DNA from: Planctomycetota bacterium
Lineage (GTDB): Bacteria; Planctomycetota; UBA11346
Assembly (NCBI GenBank): GCA_043775355.1
Contig: JAYVSL010000172.1
Coordinates: 1-61,198 of the forward strand
DNA length: 61,198 bases
Direction of reading: 5' to 3'
In this document: piece by piece, positions 16,699 through 25,303 of the stretch
Layout: each line of letters begins with the position of its first letter
Position numbering within the stretch: position 1 is the first letter of the stretch
The notes under the pieces: model-generated
The model's database searches: none
What the model was told of the DNA's origin: nothing
The model's input: only the letters and a program-made list of their open reading frames with translations
Program-made: the position numbers and the translations under genes

Positions 16699-17868
16699 AT
16701 GCCCCTGACCAGCGACCAATACCTTCGTTACGCCCGCCATCTGACGTTGCCAGAATTTGGCGAGGCCGGGCAGCAAAAATTATTAAAGGCTTCCGTACTG
16801 CTGATCGGCGCCGGTGGACTTGGCAGTCCGCTCGCGCTGTATCTTGCCGCTGCGGGCGTTGGTCGATTGGGCATCATGGATTTCGATGTGGTCGATGTAT
16901 CGAACTTGCAACGCCAAGTGATTCATCGCACGCAGGACGTCGGCACGAGCAAAGCAAAGTCGGCCAAGCGCGGCGTACAAGATCTCAACCCTGGATGTCA
17001 GGTCGACATTTACGAAGAAGGAATTACCTCCGCCAATGCCTTGGAGATTATTGGTAAATACGACATCGTCATCGATGGCACCGATAATTTTCCGACGCGC
17101 TACTTGGTCAACGACGCCTGTGTGTTTTTGAATAAAGTAAATATCTACGGTTCGATTTATCGCTTTGAAGGCCAAGCCACGGTCTTCGATGCGCGCAAAG
17201 GACCGGACGGCAAGCGCAACGGTCCGTGTTATCGTTGTCTTTATCCTGAACCGCCACCACCTGGCGAGGTTCCGTCGTGTGCCGAAGGCGGCGTGCTCGG
17301 CGTGTTGCCCGGCACCATCGCGATGATCCAAGCCACGGAGGCAATCAAGATCCTCAGCGGCATGGGCCGTTCACTGGCCGGGCGTTTCTTACGCTACGAC
17401 GCGATGAACATGAGCTTCCGTGAACTGAAACTACGCCCGGATCCCAGCTGTCCGGTGTGTAGTGCGAATCCAACCATCACGCAGTTGATCGATTACCAAC
17501 AGTTTTGCGGCATGGGCCGTGGGGAGAGTACCGTGAGCACCGAGAATCTCGAAATCACTCCGGCCGCCTATGCTGAACTGCGTGAAAGCGGCAAAGAACA
17601 TCTGCTGCTGGATGTGCGCGAGCCGTTCGAGCTCGGCATCTGCCAGATCGACGGCAACCTCAACATTCCACTTGGCCAATTGCCTGGCCGCTTGAATGAA
17701 CTCAGCGCGTGGAAAAATAAGCTCATCGTTGCGCAGTGTAAATCGGGCCGGCGTAGCATGAAGGCCTTGGAAACTTTGAAGAAACACGGTTTCACCAACG
17801 TCTTAAACCTGGAAGGTGGAATCCTCGCTTACGGACAAGACATTGATCCGTCGATAACCGCATACTAA
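16699..17868 (+). CDS. moeZ: MoeB/ThiF-type adenylyltransferase fused to C-terminal rhodanese (MoeZ-type)
   Basis: GAGGLGSP nucleotide loop, CYRCLYP...PSCAEGGVLG and CPVC zinc site. The C-terminal rhodanese domain has the active-site loop AQCKSGRRS. Confidence 0.88.
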   Translation: MPLTSDQYLRYARHLTLPEFGEAGQQKLLKASVLLIGAGGLGSPLALYLAAAGVGRLGIMDFDVVDVSNLQRQVIHRTQDVGTSKAKSAKRGVQDLNPGCQVDIYEEGITSANALEIIGKYDIVIDGTDNFPTRYLVNDACVFLNKVNIYGSIYRFEGQATVFDARKGPDGKRNGPCYRCLYPEPPPPGEVPSCAEGGVLGVLPGTIAMIQATEAIKILSGMGRSLAGRFLRYDAMNMSFRELKLRPDPSCPVCSANPTITQLIDYQQFCGMGRGESTVSTENLEITPAAYAELRESGKEHLLLDVREPFELGICQIDGNLNIPLGQLPGRLNELSAWKNKLIVAQCKSGRRSMKALETLKKHGFTNVLNLEGGILAYGQDIDPSITAY

Positions 17869-17986
17869 CAAGAATACTTTTTTTCGCGTCCGGCTCTGGG
17901 CTGACTCTGAGCAAATAGTCAGCAAATAGTTAGTCAGGCGGAGAGAGACTGACCGTCGTTATGCCAGCCACATCCCGGAGTTCCTC

Positions 17987-19528
17987 ATGCGTACTTGGCC
18001 ATGGTCTCTTGCTTTCTGGCTGATGATCGCGCTCTGCGTTGGTGGCACCAATGCCATGATCTTTGCGGCAGAAAAAGCGGTCGCCTTAGATAAAAAATGG
18101 TTTGATCAACGCGAGGCCAATCGCAAGGGTCGCGAAGGAATGTACAAAGGCGCGGCGACAGACCGTGCGGACCGTGGCAAAAAAGCCGCCGCGCTGGCGC
18201 TGGAATTAGTAAAGAAAGCCGCCGAGGTCAGAGTTCCTGGGCAGGATATTTTATTCGCCCGTATGAATGCCTTCATCGAACGTTTGGATCCGCTACAAGC
18301 CGTTGAAGTAGCGCAGGCGGTCAAAGCCTTGCCTGCAGAGCCAGCCACGGCTGAGGCTAAAGATATAAAATTGTGGGAAAAAACCCTCAAAACCAAGCTT
18401 CCAACCCTGACTAAACCGACCGAGGTGCTGGGGCAAAAAGCGCTCGACGTTGGCGTTACGGACATTGCTTATGAATGTTTACAGCAAGTGCTCACCTATG
18501 ACCCCGACCATGTTTCTTTGCGCAAAGCACTGAACCAAACCAAAGTCGATGGGCGTTATTATGGCCCCAAGGATATGGACTTTGTTAAAGCTGGCGCGCG
18601 CTGGGACACCAAACGTGGTTGGATGAACCCTAAAGAAACGGCGCGTTACGAGAACGGGGACTATTATGATCTGCAGTCGAAAAGCTGGACCACTTTAAAC
18701 GAAGCCAACACTCTCCGCAGCGATCTCACTAAGCAGTGGATTATTCAAACCGAACATTTAGAAATACGCGGCACCGCAAAGCTTGCCGATCTGGTTGATG
18801 TCGCCAATCACTTAGAAGCATTTTACGCCCAAATCTTTGCCTCATACGCATTGTTTTTTTCCAAAGGACAGAGCGATGTGAAGCTCATCTTTGGTTTGCT
18901 CGACCATCCACGACTGGTGGTCAACATCGCTAAAGATCCAGCGGCATACAAACTCTCGTTGCCAAGCGGCACCGATGCCGGCTGGTCAGCGGGCATGTGG
19001 GTTCCGGCCGTTGGCGCATCTTTTTTTTACGCTGGGCCGATGGAAGTGATGTACCACGAATTCACCCATCAAATACTCGATGTATTCAGTCACGGCTGCA
19101 GAGCGCCCGTATGGATCGTTGAAGGGATTGCGGTCTACACCCAGTCACCGACGTACGTTGATGGCAAACTCACTCTTGGCTTAATCGAGCAGAATAACCG
19201 GGTAAGGAGCCATTTGTCCCGCTTGGCAGCGGGAAACGCCATGACCTTTGATCAACTACTGGCGCTTGATCATACGACCTGGGGCGCAGCGAAAGACCCG
19301 GGCCCACAATACGCCGCCGCTGGCGCCTTGGCCCAGTTTTGTATGGAAGCAGAAAAACGCCGCTATCGCTCTGATTATGTTGAATTCATCCGTGATGCTT
19401 ACCTGGGTCAAACGCAAAACCATACCTTGTGGGATTATCTTGGCATGACGCGCGAGGCTTTTTTGTACGCCTATCATGCCTGGGAAAAATCTACTGGCGA
19501 TGAACTCGCCGCTGGCGGTAAGCGTTGA
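17987..19528 (+). CDS. secreted HEXXH protein (peptidase-MA / DUF1570-like)
   Basis: Signal peptide MRTWPWSLAFWLMIALCVGGTNA. There is a single HEXXH motif (MYHEFTHQ) followed by VEGIAVY, as in MA-clan domains. Confidence 0.65.
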   Translation: MRTWPWSLAFWLMIALCVGGTNAMIFAAEKAVALDKKWFDQREANRKGREGMYKGAATDRADRGKKAAALALELVKKAAEVRVPGQDILFARMNAFIERLDPLQAVEVAQAVKALPAEPATAEAKDIKLWEKTLKTKLPTLTKPTEVLGQKALDVGVTDIAYECLQQVLTYDPDHVSLRKALNQTKVDGRYYGPKDMDFVKAGARWDTKRGWMNPKETARYENGDYYDLQSKSWTTLNEANTLRSDLTKQWIIQTEHLEIRGTAKLADLVDVANHLEAFYAQIFASYALFFSKGQSDVKLIFGLLDHPRLVVNIAKDPAAYKLSLPSGTDAGWSAGMWVPAVGASFFYAGPMEVMYHEFTHQILDVFSHGCRAPVWIVEGIAVYTQSPTYVDGKLTLGLIEQNNRVRSHLSRLAAGNAMTFDQLLALDHTTWGAAKDPGPQYAAAGALAQFCMEAEKRRYRSDYVEFIRDAYLGQTQNHTLWDYLGMTREAFLYAYHAWEKSTGDELAAGGKR

Positions 19529-19563
19529 GCGCTGCTGATATCACATCGACCAAAGGAGCTTTC

Positions 19564-19950
19564 ATGTCTCGCCTTATCCACCTGCTTTTCGCCCTCGTTT
19601 TCAGCCTTCCCCTGACGGCAGCAGAAATGGAACACACCAAAGACTCCATCGACCAGGTGAAAGCCGCCATTCATGCAGGAACCGCCATCATCATCGACGT
19701 GCGCGAGCAGTCCGAATGGAATGATGGTCACCTTCAAGCAGCCACGCTCGTGCCACTCAGTCTACTAACGAAAGAGGGCAGCGAAATTCCTGCGTCGTTG
19801 CCTAAAGACAAACCCATTTATCTGCATTGCAGATCTGGCGGTCGCAGTTTGAAAGCAGCGGAAATCCTTAAAGCAAAAGGTTACGACGCACGTCCATTGT
19901 CCGAGGGTTACCGGCAGCTCGTGCAGGATGGCCTAGAAAAATCGCCGTAA
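19564..19950 (+). CDS. periplasmic single-domain rhodanese
   Basis: The ATG at 19564 gives the signal peptide MSRLIHLLFALVFSLPLTAA. Rhodanese core IIDVREQSEWNDGHL...IYLHCRSGGRS with catalytic Cys. Confidence 0.85.
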   Translation: MSRLIHLLFALVFSLPLTAAEMEHTKDSIDQVKAAIHAGTAIIIDVREQSEWNDGHLQAATLVPLSLLTKEGSEIPASLPKDKPIYLHCRSGGRSLKAAEILKAKGYDARPLSEGYRQLVQDGLEKSP

Positions 19951-19982
19951 CAGGCAACCACCGGAATAACGCAGCACGAGCC

Positions 19983-20681
19983 TTATTTCGCGGCTAGGCG
20001 AACGAGCTTATCTTTGCGCTTTTCCTCTTCGGCTAAGCGCAAGATATAGGCCTGAAATTCCGGGTCTTCGCCATCAAGATGGGGAACCATCATGGTGCGG
20101 AAATCTTCCCGACGACACCACTCACGCATGTAATCATCCCAGGTCAGCCACAGGCGACGTGTTTGCCGGCTCATATGCTCTTCATAGACCAACAGATAAG
20201 CACGTTCGAAGAGGGCAACCAATAGGCCAAAGATCAAATATTTACGCTCCAACTGATCTTCGCTCAGCTTGGGTATTTCGAGACTCTGACGAAAGAGATG
20301 AAGATCGGCGTGTTCCAGTACGAGCTTAAGAAAAGTGGAATATTCATCCGACAATCGTTGGAAAACTTCCTCTTCATCGTTCTGGCGGTCTTTGCGCTGT
20401 TCGTAGATAAAGACAATGAGCGCCATCGGCAAGCCGAAGACCGTGACGATATAACTCAGTAATTCCCAAATTTCCATCGTCGTCATTGGCAGCGTCCTCT
20501 GGTGGACGACGAAGCCTGCGCGAAGCGCGGTAAATTCAGCCATTTCATACTCAGCGCACTCATGGGAGAACCGTACTATGACAGCGAATGTGTCCAGCGA
20601 TTTCCTACACCGAAGCGTTTGGTCTTCACTGCGAAAGAGAAACTGAGGACAGCCAAGGCAGCATCGTTTCTTCGTCGTCAT
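19983..20681 (-). CDS. hypothetical membrane-anchored helical protein (start may be 20486)
   Basis: One TM helix (LLSYIVTVFGLPMALIVFIY), then a charged helical domain. The visibly lower GC and AT-rich codons differ from neighbours. The N-terminal 65 aa (CCLGC...C) may or may not be translated. Confidence 0.5.
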   Translation of the reverse strand: MTTKKRCCLGCPQFLFRSEDQTLRCRKSLDTFAVIVRFSHECAEYEMAEFTALRAGFVVHQRTLPMTTMEIWELLSYIVTVFGLPMALIVFIYEQRKDRQNDEEEVFQRLSDEYSTFLKLVLEHADLHLFRQSLEIPKLSEDQLERKYLIFGLLVALFERAYLLVYEEHMSRQTRRLWLTWDDYMREWCRREDFRTMMVPHLDGEDPEFQAYILRLAEEEKRKDKLVRLAAK

Positions 20682-20766
20682 ATCACTTAGTCACCAAGCT
20701 CGTGGCTTTGGTCTTCCTCCGCTGCCCCGTTCCTGCCCTTTAACAAATAGAAGCGGGCTGCGAGCC

Positions 20767-20856
20767 GCATCACATAGCGCGTAGCACATAGCGCGTAGCA
20801 CATAGCGCGCATCACATAGCGCGCATCACATAGCACATAGCGCGTAGCACATAGCG
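20767..20856. repeat. tandem array with about 14-bp period, about 6.5 copies of [CAT/TAG]CACATAGCGCG
   Basis: Read directly: CATCACATAGCGCG TAGCACATAGCGCG TAGCACATAGCGCG CATCACATAGCGCG CATCACATAG CACATAGCGCG TAGCACATAGCGCC. It abuts the transposase fragment. Confidence 0.85.
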
Positions 20857-20858
20857 CC

Positions 20859-21126
20859 GCGATATCCGCGGGAGAATGGCTACGCGGAACGCTTCGTTCG
20901 CTTGCTCAAAGAGAGCCTGCTGCGCAAGTGCCTCTTCCACAGCGAATCAGCGCTGCGGTCAGCGCTGTCTGAATTCCAAATGTATTTCAACAATGAACGA
21001 CCCCATCAAGGCATCGGCAATCGCACCGTGCTTGGTTCCAGCAAGGTGCCAACCGCCTGTAAAATCATGGAAACGTGCTCGGGCACTACATTGATGCCAT
21101 CGAATTTTTCGACGGACTGTGCATAG
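20859..21126 (+). mobile_element. 3' fragment of a DDE (rve / integrase-core) transposase gene
   Basis: The frame reads ...RENGYAERFVRLLKESLLRKCLFHSESALRSALSEFQMYFNNERPHQGIGNRTV..., which is the C-terminal rve signature (NG..ERF...lK.E ... YN.eRPHqglg). The catalytic N-terminal two thirds, the HTH and the inverted repeats are absent. Confidence 0.75.
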
Positions 21127-21458
21127 CAAAGCACGTAAGCGACCAACGTGGCGGGTCGGCGGCATGAAGCATTTCATCGAAATACACGGACGTGGTCACG
21201 GATTCCGTATGTGCATGTGCCACTCGCTGGCGGCGCTACCAAGCGGCACGAAGCCCCAGGTCATCGTTGTCGTACCATCATCCAGCGTGCTCAAGGTCCG
21301 CGTACGGCGCGCGGTGATCTGATCCAAATGGGCAGCGTGAATTCCATGCGGAACCGGGCATATTTTAAACTGCTCCTTGACGGAATTGAATTTCGCAAGG
21401 TCCGATAAACGCACGACGGCGATTTCCGCAGTCGGTTCTGTTCATTTCCGGAGCACCC

Positions 21459-22682
21459 ATGCCTACTGTATTGTTAGTCCAACGGACTTTGGTCCCAGCG
21501 CTGGTGGCAGTTACTGCCTTGACCCTGATGCCGTCCCTGGCGCTGTTGGCTGCGGATGCTCCCGCGGACGAAATCGCCAAATTACGTGCCACGTTGACTG
21601 AGCTTCAAAGTCGCGTTGAAACGCTGGAACAAGATACTTCTCACGATGAGAACCTTGATGTTCCCCGCTTGACCATCAAAGGCTTCGCCGATTTGACGTG
21701 GCGCATGTCGCGTGAACGCCGCGACGGTGTCGACGATGCCAATGACAATCACTTTGCACTCGGTCAGTTCGATCTGTTCTTCTCCTCGCGTTTGACTGAC
21801 AACACCAGCTTTCTTGGTGAAATGGTGGTTGAGACTAAGGATGACGGTTCCACCGGTGTCGATCTCGAACGCGCGATCATCAAATACACCATCAGCGATC
21901 ATTTTAATGTTCAGGCTGGCCGCTTCCATACCACGCTGGGTTACTGGAACGAAACCTTCCATCACGGCGCCTGGCTGCAGACCACCATCGATCGCCCCGC
22001 AGCACTTAACTTTGAAGATGGCGGCGGTGTGTTACCGGTTCACTTGGTCGGTGTATTGGCCAAGAGTCATCATGTCGTCGGCGATATGCTTGGCATCGAT
22101 GGTACCGTCGAAATCGGCAATGGCCGCGGTCCCACCGCTGATCCGCCGCAAGTCATCTATGATGGAAATGACAGCAAGGCCATCAATCTGTCCGTATCGC
22201 TCGCACCATTATCCGTGCCTGGACTGCGCGTCGGTGGCGGCATGTATTTTGATCGCATTCCTGCGTACATTGGCGACGTCAACAACCCTGCGCATAGCGA
22301 TCTGCAAGAACAAGTTCTCAATGGCTATTTAGTCTATCGCGCCCGGCCTTACGAGCTCATCGCTGAATATTACCGCATCGCCCATAAAGCCACCGATGGA
22401 TCTGGTGCGACGGCGGTCAGCGATTCCTACTATGTGCAAGTAGGCTACCAACTCGGGCGCTTCACTCCCTACGCCCGTTACGACACGTTAAGGATCAGCG
22501 ACAGTGATACCTATTTCAGCAGCCAGGACGACACCTCTAAAACGGCCATAGGCATTCGTTACGAGGTCAATGCCTGGGCAGCGCTGAAGCTTCAGGGCAA
22601 TGAAGTGCTGATCCATCCTGCCGGTGGTGGCGCGGATATTCATCGCGATGAACTCGTCATTCAAATCAGTAGCGCGTTCTAA
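21459..22682 (+). CDS. outer-membrane beta-barrel porin with N-terminal coiled coil
   Basis: Signal peptide ending LALLAADA. Coiled coil EIAKLRATLTELQSRVETLEQ. This is followed by alternating-hydrophobicity strands and a C-terminal ...VIQISSAF (terminal Phe typical of OMPs). Confidence 0.7.
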   Translation: MPTVLLVQRTLVPALVAVTALTLMPSLALLAADAPADEIAKLRATLTELQSRVETLEQDTSHDENLDVPRLTIKGFADLTWRMSRERRDGVDDANDNHFALGQFDLFFSSRLTDNTSFLGEMVVETKDDGSTGVDLERAIIKYTISDHFNVQAGRFHTTLGYWNETFHHGAWLQTTIDRPAALNFEDGGGVLPVHLVGVLAKSHHVVGDMLGIDGTVEIGNGRGPTADPPQVIYDGNDSKAINLSVSLAPLSVPGLRVGGGMYFDRIPAYIGDVNNPAHSDLQEQVLNGYLVYRARPYELIAEYYRIAHKATDGSGATAVSDSYYVQVGYQLGRFTPYARYDTLRISDSDTYFSSQDDTSKTAIGIRYEVNAWAALKLQGNEVLIHPAGGGADIHRDELVIQISSAF

Positions 22683-22730
22683 CCCATGCGCCCCACACAC
22701 TATTCCCCATCGGATCGTCAAGGAACCCAC

Positions 22731-23231
22731 ATGAGTCTTAGACGCTCGTCCCACCGTTTGTCCCACCGTTTGTCCCACCGTTTGTCTGCTTGGCTGTTAA
22801 TGAGCGCTCTTTTGCCCGCTTCTGCGGCTGATTATGCGATTGTCGTCAACGCCGCGTCGCCTCTTACGGGACTTTCCTCTTCCGACATGAATCAGATCCT
22901 GAAGGTCGAAAAACAAAGCTGGGATGATGGCAGCAAAATCGTCCTGGTGATGCCCAAGAAGGGTTCCAAAGAAGAAGCCATTCTGTTGACCAAAGTCTAT
23001 CAAACCGACAGTGATGGTCTGACCAAATTCTGGACCGCCGTGGTCTATCAAAACAAGATCACCACGGCGCCAAAATCAGCCCCCGCGAAAGTCGCGCTCA
23101 AGCTCGTCGAGATCAAGGCTGAGGCCATCACGATTGTCGCCGTCGCCGATGTCCCCACTGGCGGCGCGCTCAAGGTGCTGACGCTTGATGGCAAGAAACC
23201 GGGCGACAGTGGCTACGCCCTTAGCGACTGA
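22731..23231 (+). CDS. short periplasmic PBP-like (PstS/phosphate-binding-like) protein
   Basis: The ATG at 22731 is preceded by AAGGA. The signal peptide contains three SHRL repeats. The mature part (YAIVVNAASPLTGLSSSDMNQILKVEKQSWDDG...) resembles the short substrate-binding-like proteins found next to porins and sensors. Confidence 0.65.
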   Translation: MSLRRSSHRLSHRLSHRLSAWLLMSALLPASAADYAIVVNAASPLTGLSSSDMNQILKVEKQSWDDGSKIVLVMPKKGSKEEAILLTKVYQTDSDGLTKFWTAVVYQNKITTAPKSAPAKVALKLVEIKAEAITIVAVADVPTGGALKVLTLDGKKPGDSGYALSD

Positions 23232-25257
23232 ACCCGACGCCAGCGCGACGACAGCCGGCACGGCCGGAGCGATTTCCCCCGCTCGGGTCGGCGGCCGGCG
23301 TTTTCCCGTGCGTCTCAAGATCGCGGTGGCATTGCTGCCGGCACTGTTGCCGTTGCTGGCGGTGGTGGCGGTCGGCTACTGGTCCGGGCGCGGCGCGGCG
23401 CTTACCACCAGCGCCGGCATCGCCGGGCTGATCGCCGACGCTGGCGGACAACAGCTCGGCTCGTTCCTGCTCGCCCGTCGACGGCAGGTCGAACAGTGGA
23501 CGCAGGACGACGTGTACGGCGCGGCCATCGCCTTCGATGCCGTGGGCGAACTGGGCAAGACCTTCACCACCATGCTTGAGCAGGATCACGGCTTTTCCGC
23601 GCTGATCCTCACCGACCCGACGGGCCAGGTGTTGCAGGTCGCAGGCAAGATTCCGCCCTCCGTTATTGGCAAGCCGTGCATGGAATGGCAGCAGCACCAT
23701 GCCGGCGCAGGTAAGCTTGACATCGTCATCACCAGCAGCGCGCTGCTTGGCGGCCGACGAACGCTGGTCTACTGCTTTGACGCTCGTAATGAGGACAAAG
23801 TCGTCGGCACCCTGCTTGCGTTTCTCGATCCCGGCGCGATCGAGCAGCAGGTCGCTGCGTTGTCGCGGCAACTGGCTGGGTATGGTCTTGCCAGCGGCGC
23901 GGGTCTGTTGCTCGACGGCGGTGAACACCAGGTTCTGGCCAGCACCGCAACCACTGCGACTGCGACTGCGACTGCGACTGCGACTGCGACTGCAGCTGCG
24001 ACTGCAGCCGATGCCGAACGCGCGGGACTCGCCTGGCTCGACGCGCAGCGGCCAAGCGGGAGCAGCGTGCTCAACCATCAGCGGCGATTGGTGAGTTTCG
24101 CCGGCATCGCCGATGCAGACTGGCGAGGCGCGACGCCGGTCGTGGCGTCGGCTCCGGCCGCGACGCCGGCGCGTCTCGGCTTGCTGGTGTTGGTGCCGGA
24201 GAGCGAACTGCTCACCGGCGTCCGCCAAGCCCTGTGGCTCAACCTGGCGCTGGCCGCAATCGGCAGCGCGGTGGTCGGCGTGCTGATCCTGATCGCCGCC
24301 GGACGCATCAGTCGCCCAATCAGCTCCACCGCCAAACTGTTGCAGGACATCGCCACCGGCGACGGCGACCTGACTCGTACCCTTGACCTCCGCTCGCGCG
24401 ATGAACTCGGCGACCTTGCCCACTGGTTCAATGCTTTCGTAACCAACCTGCGCGCGATCGTTGGCCGGGTCGGCACCACGGCGCAGGAGCTCGATCGCTC
24501 AGCCAACACGCTGACGGACAACGCCAACACCATGCTTGGCCATGCGCAGGATTCATCGCGTCAAACCGCGACCATGTCGGCCGACCTCGCGCGCGTCAGT
24601 CTGGAGGTCAATGCAGTCGCGCAGGCGATTAGCCAGATCGACCAGTCGATTACCGAGGTGGCCGCCAGCGCCGCCAGCGCCACTGGCGTGACCAGCGAGG
24701 CGGTCGCCGCCGTGGCCAAAGCCAACGCCACCATCGTCAGGCTCGACACCGCGAGCAGCCAAATCGACAAGGTGGTCAAACTGATCGCCACGGTCGCCGA
24801 CGAAACCAATCTGCTGGCGCTCAACGCCACCATCGAAGCCGCACGCGCCGGAGAAGCCGGCCGCGGCTTCGCGGTGGTGGCCTACAACGTCAAGGAACTG
24901 GCGAACACCACCAGTTCATCGACCGCCGAGATCACCGCCAAGGTCGAAGCGATCAAAACCGAGGTGCGGGAGGTGGTCGCAGAGATGGCCGGCATCCGCG
25001 CCATCATTGGACGCATCGACGGCATCAGCCGCACAATCGCCTCCGCGGCCGAAGAACAGTCGACCACCATGCGCGACATCAATGCCCGCCTGAGTGAGGC
25101 GGCGCAAGCCTCGGCGGGAGTGGTGCACAGCGTCGAAGAAGTAACCGGCTCAATCGCCGGCACCACCCTTGGCGCCCGTCAAACCCACACCTCAGCCGAC
25201 GCCCTCACCGGCATGGTCGGCGACCTACGAGCGCTGATCGGGAAATTCCGCTACTGA
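23185..25257 (+). CDS. methyl-accepting chemotaxis protein (2 TM, periplasmic sensor, HAMP, MA domain)
   Basis: HAMP region (RPISSTAKLLQDIATGDGDLTRTLDLRSRDELGDLAHWFN) and signalling hairpin ETNLLALNATIEAARAGEAGRGFAVVA. The true start is probably downstream of the overlap with the previous gene, for example GTG 23308 before TM1. GC3 is markedly higher than in the neighbours. Confidence 0.9.
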   Translation: MMARNRATVATPLATEPDASATTAGTAGAISPARVGGRRFPVRLKIAVALLPALLPLLAVVAVGYWSGRGAALTTSAGIAGLIADAGGQQLGSFLLARRRQVEQWTQDDVYGAAIAFDAVGELGKTFTTMLEQDHGFSALILTDPTGQVLQVAGKIPPSVIGKPCMEWQQHHAGAGKLDIVITSSALLGGRRTLVYCFDARNEDKVVGTLLAFLDPGAIEQQVAALSRQLAGYGLASGAGLLLDGGEHQVLASTATTATATATATATATAAATAADAERAGLAWLDAQRPSGSSVLNHQRRLVSFAGIADADWRGATPVVASAPAATPARLGLLVLVPESELLTGVRQALWLNLALAAIGSAVVGVLILIAAGRISRPISSTAKLLQDIATGDGDLTRTLDLRSRDELGDLAHWFNAFVTNLRAIVGRVGTTAQELDRSANTLTDNANTMLGHAQDSSRQTATMSADLARVSLEVNAVAQAISQIDQSITEVAASAASATGVTSEAVAAVAKANATIVRLDTASSQIDKVVKLIATVADETNLLALNATIEAARAGEAGRGFAVVAYNVKELANTTSSSTAEITAKVEAIKTEVREVVAEMAGIRAIIGRIDGISRTIASAAEEQSTTMRDINARLSEAAQASAGVVHSVEEVTGSIAGTTLGARQTHTSADALTGMVGDLRALIGKFRY

Positions 25258-25303
25258 CAAAATGGAAGCGTGGGCAGATGAATGAATGGGAAAGGCAGTG
25301 TGT

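Noticed and set aside
20767-20856. Possible CRISPR array
   Set aside because: The period is only about 14 bp, there are no unique spacers between repeats, and there are no cas genes. It is a simple tandem repeat.
20959-21414. Two consecutive minus-strand ORFs (72 aa each), considered as a frameshifted SRAP-like or other gene
   Set aside because: There is only a vague resemblance (TWGFVP compared with the WGLVP motif). The other family motifs are absent, and several overlapping ORFs on both strands are equally (im)plausible. I treated the region as non-coding debris.
23221-24423. 400-aa minus-strand ORF, and other long antisense ORFs, inside the MCP gene
   Set aside because: The sequence is Arg/Gly/Ser/Gln-rich low complexity that mirrors the TA repeat as RSRSRS. 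The sense strand encodes clear HAMP and MCP signalling motifs. Long antisense ORFs are expected in high-GC DNA.
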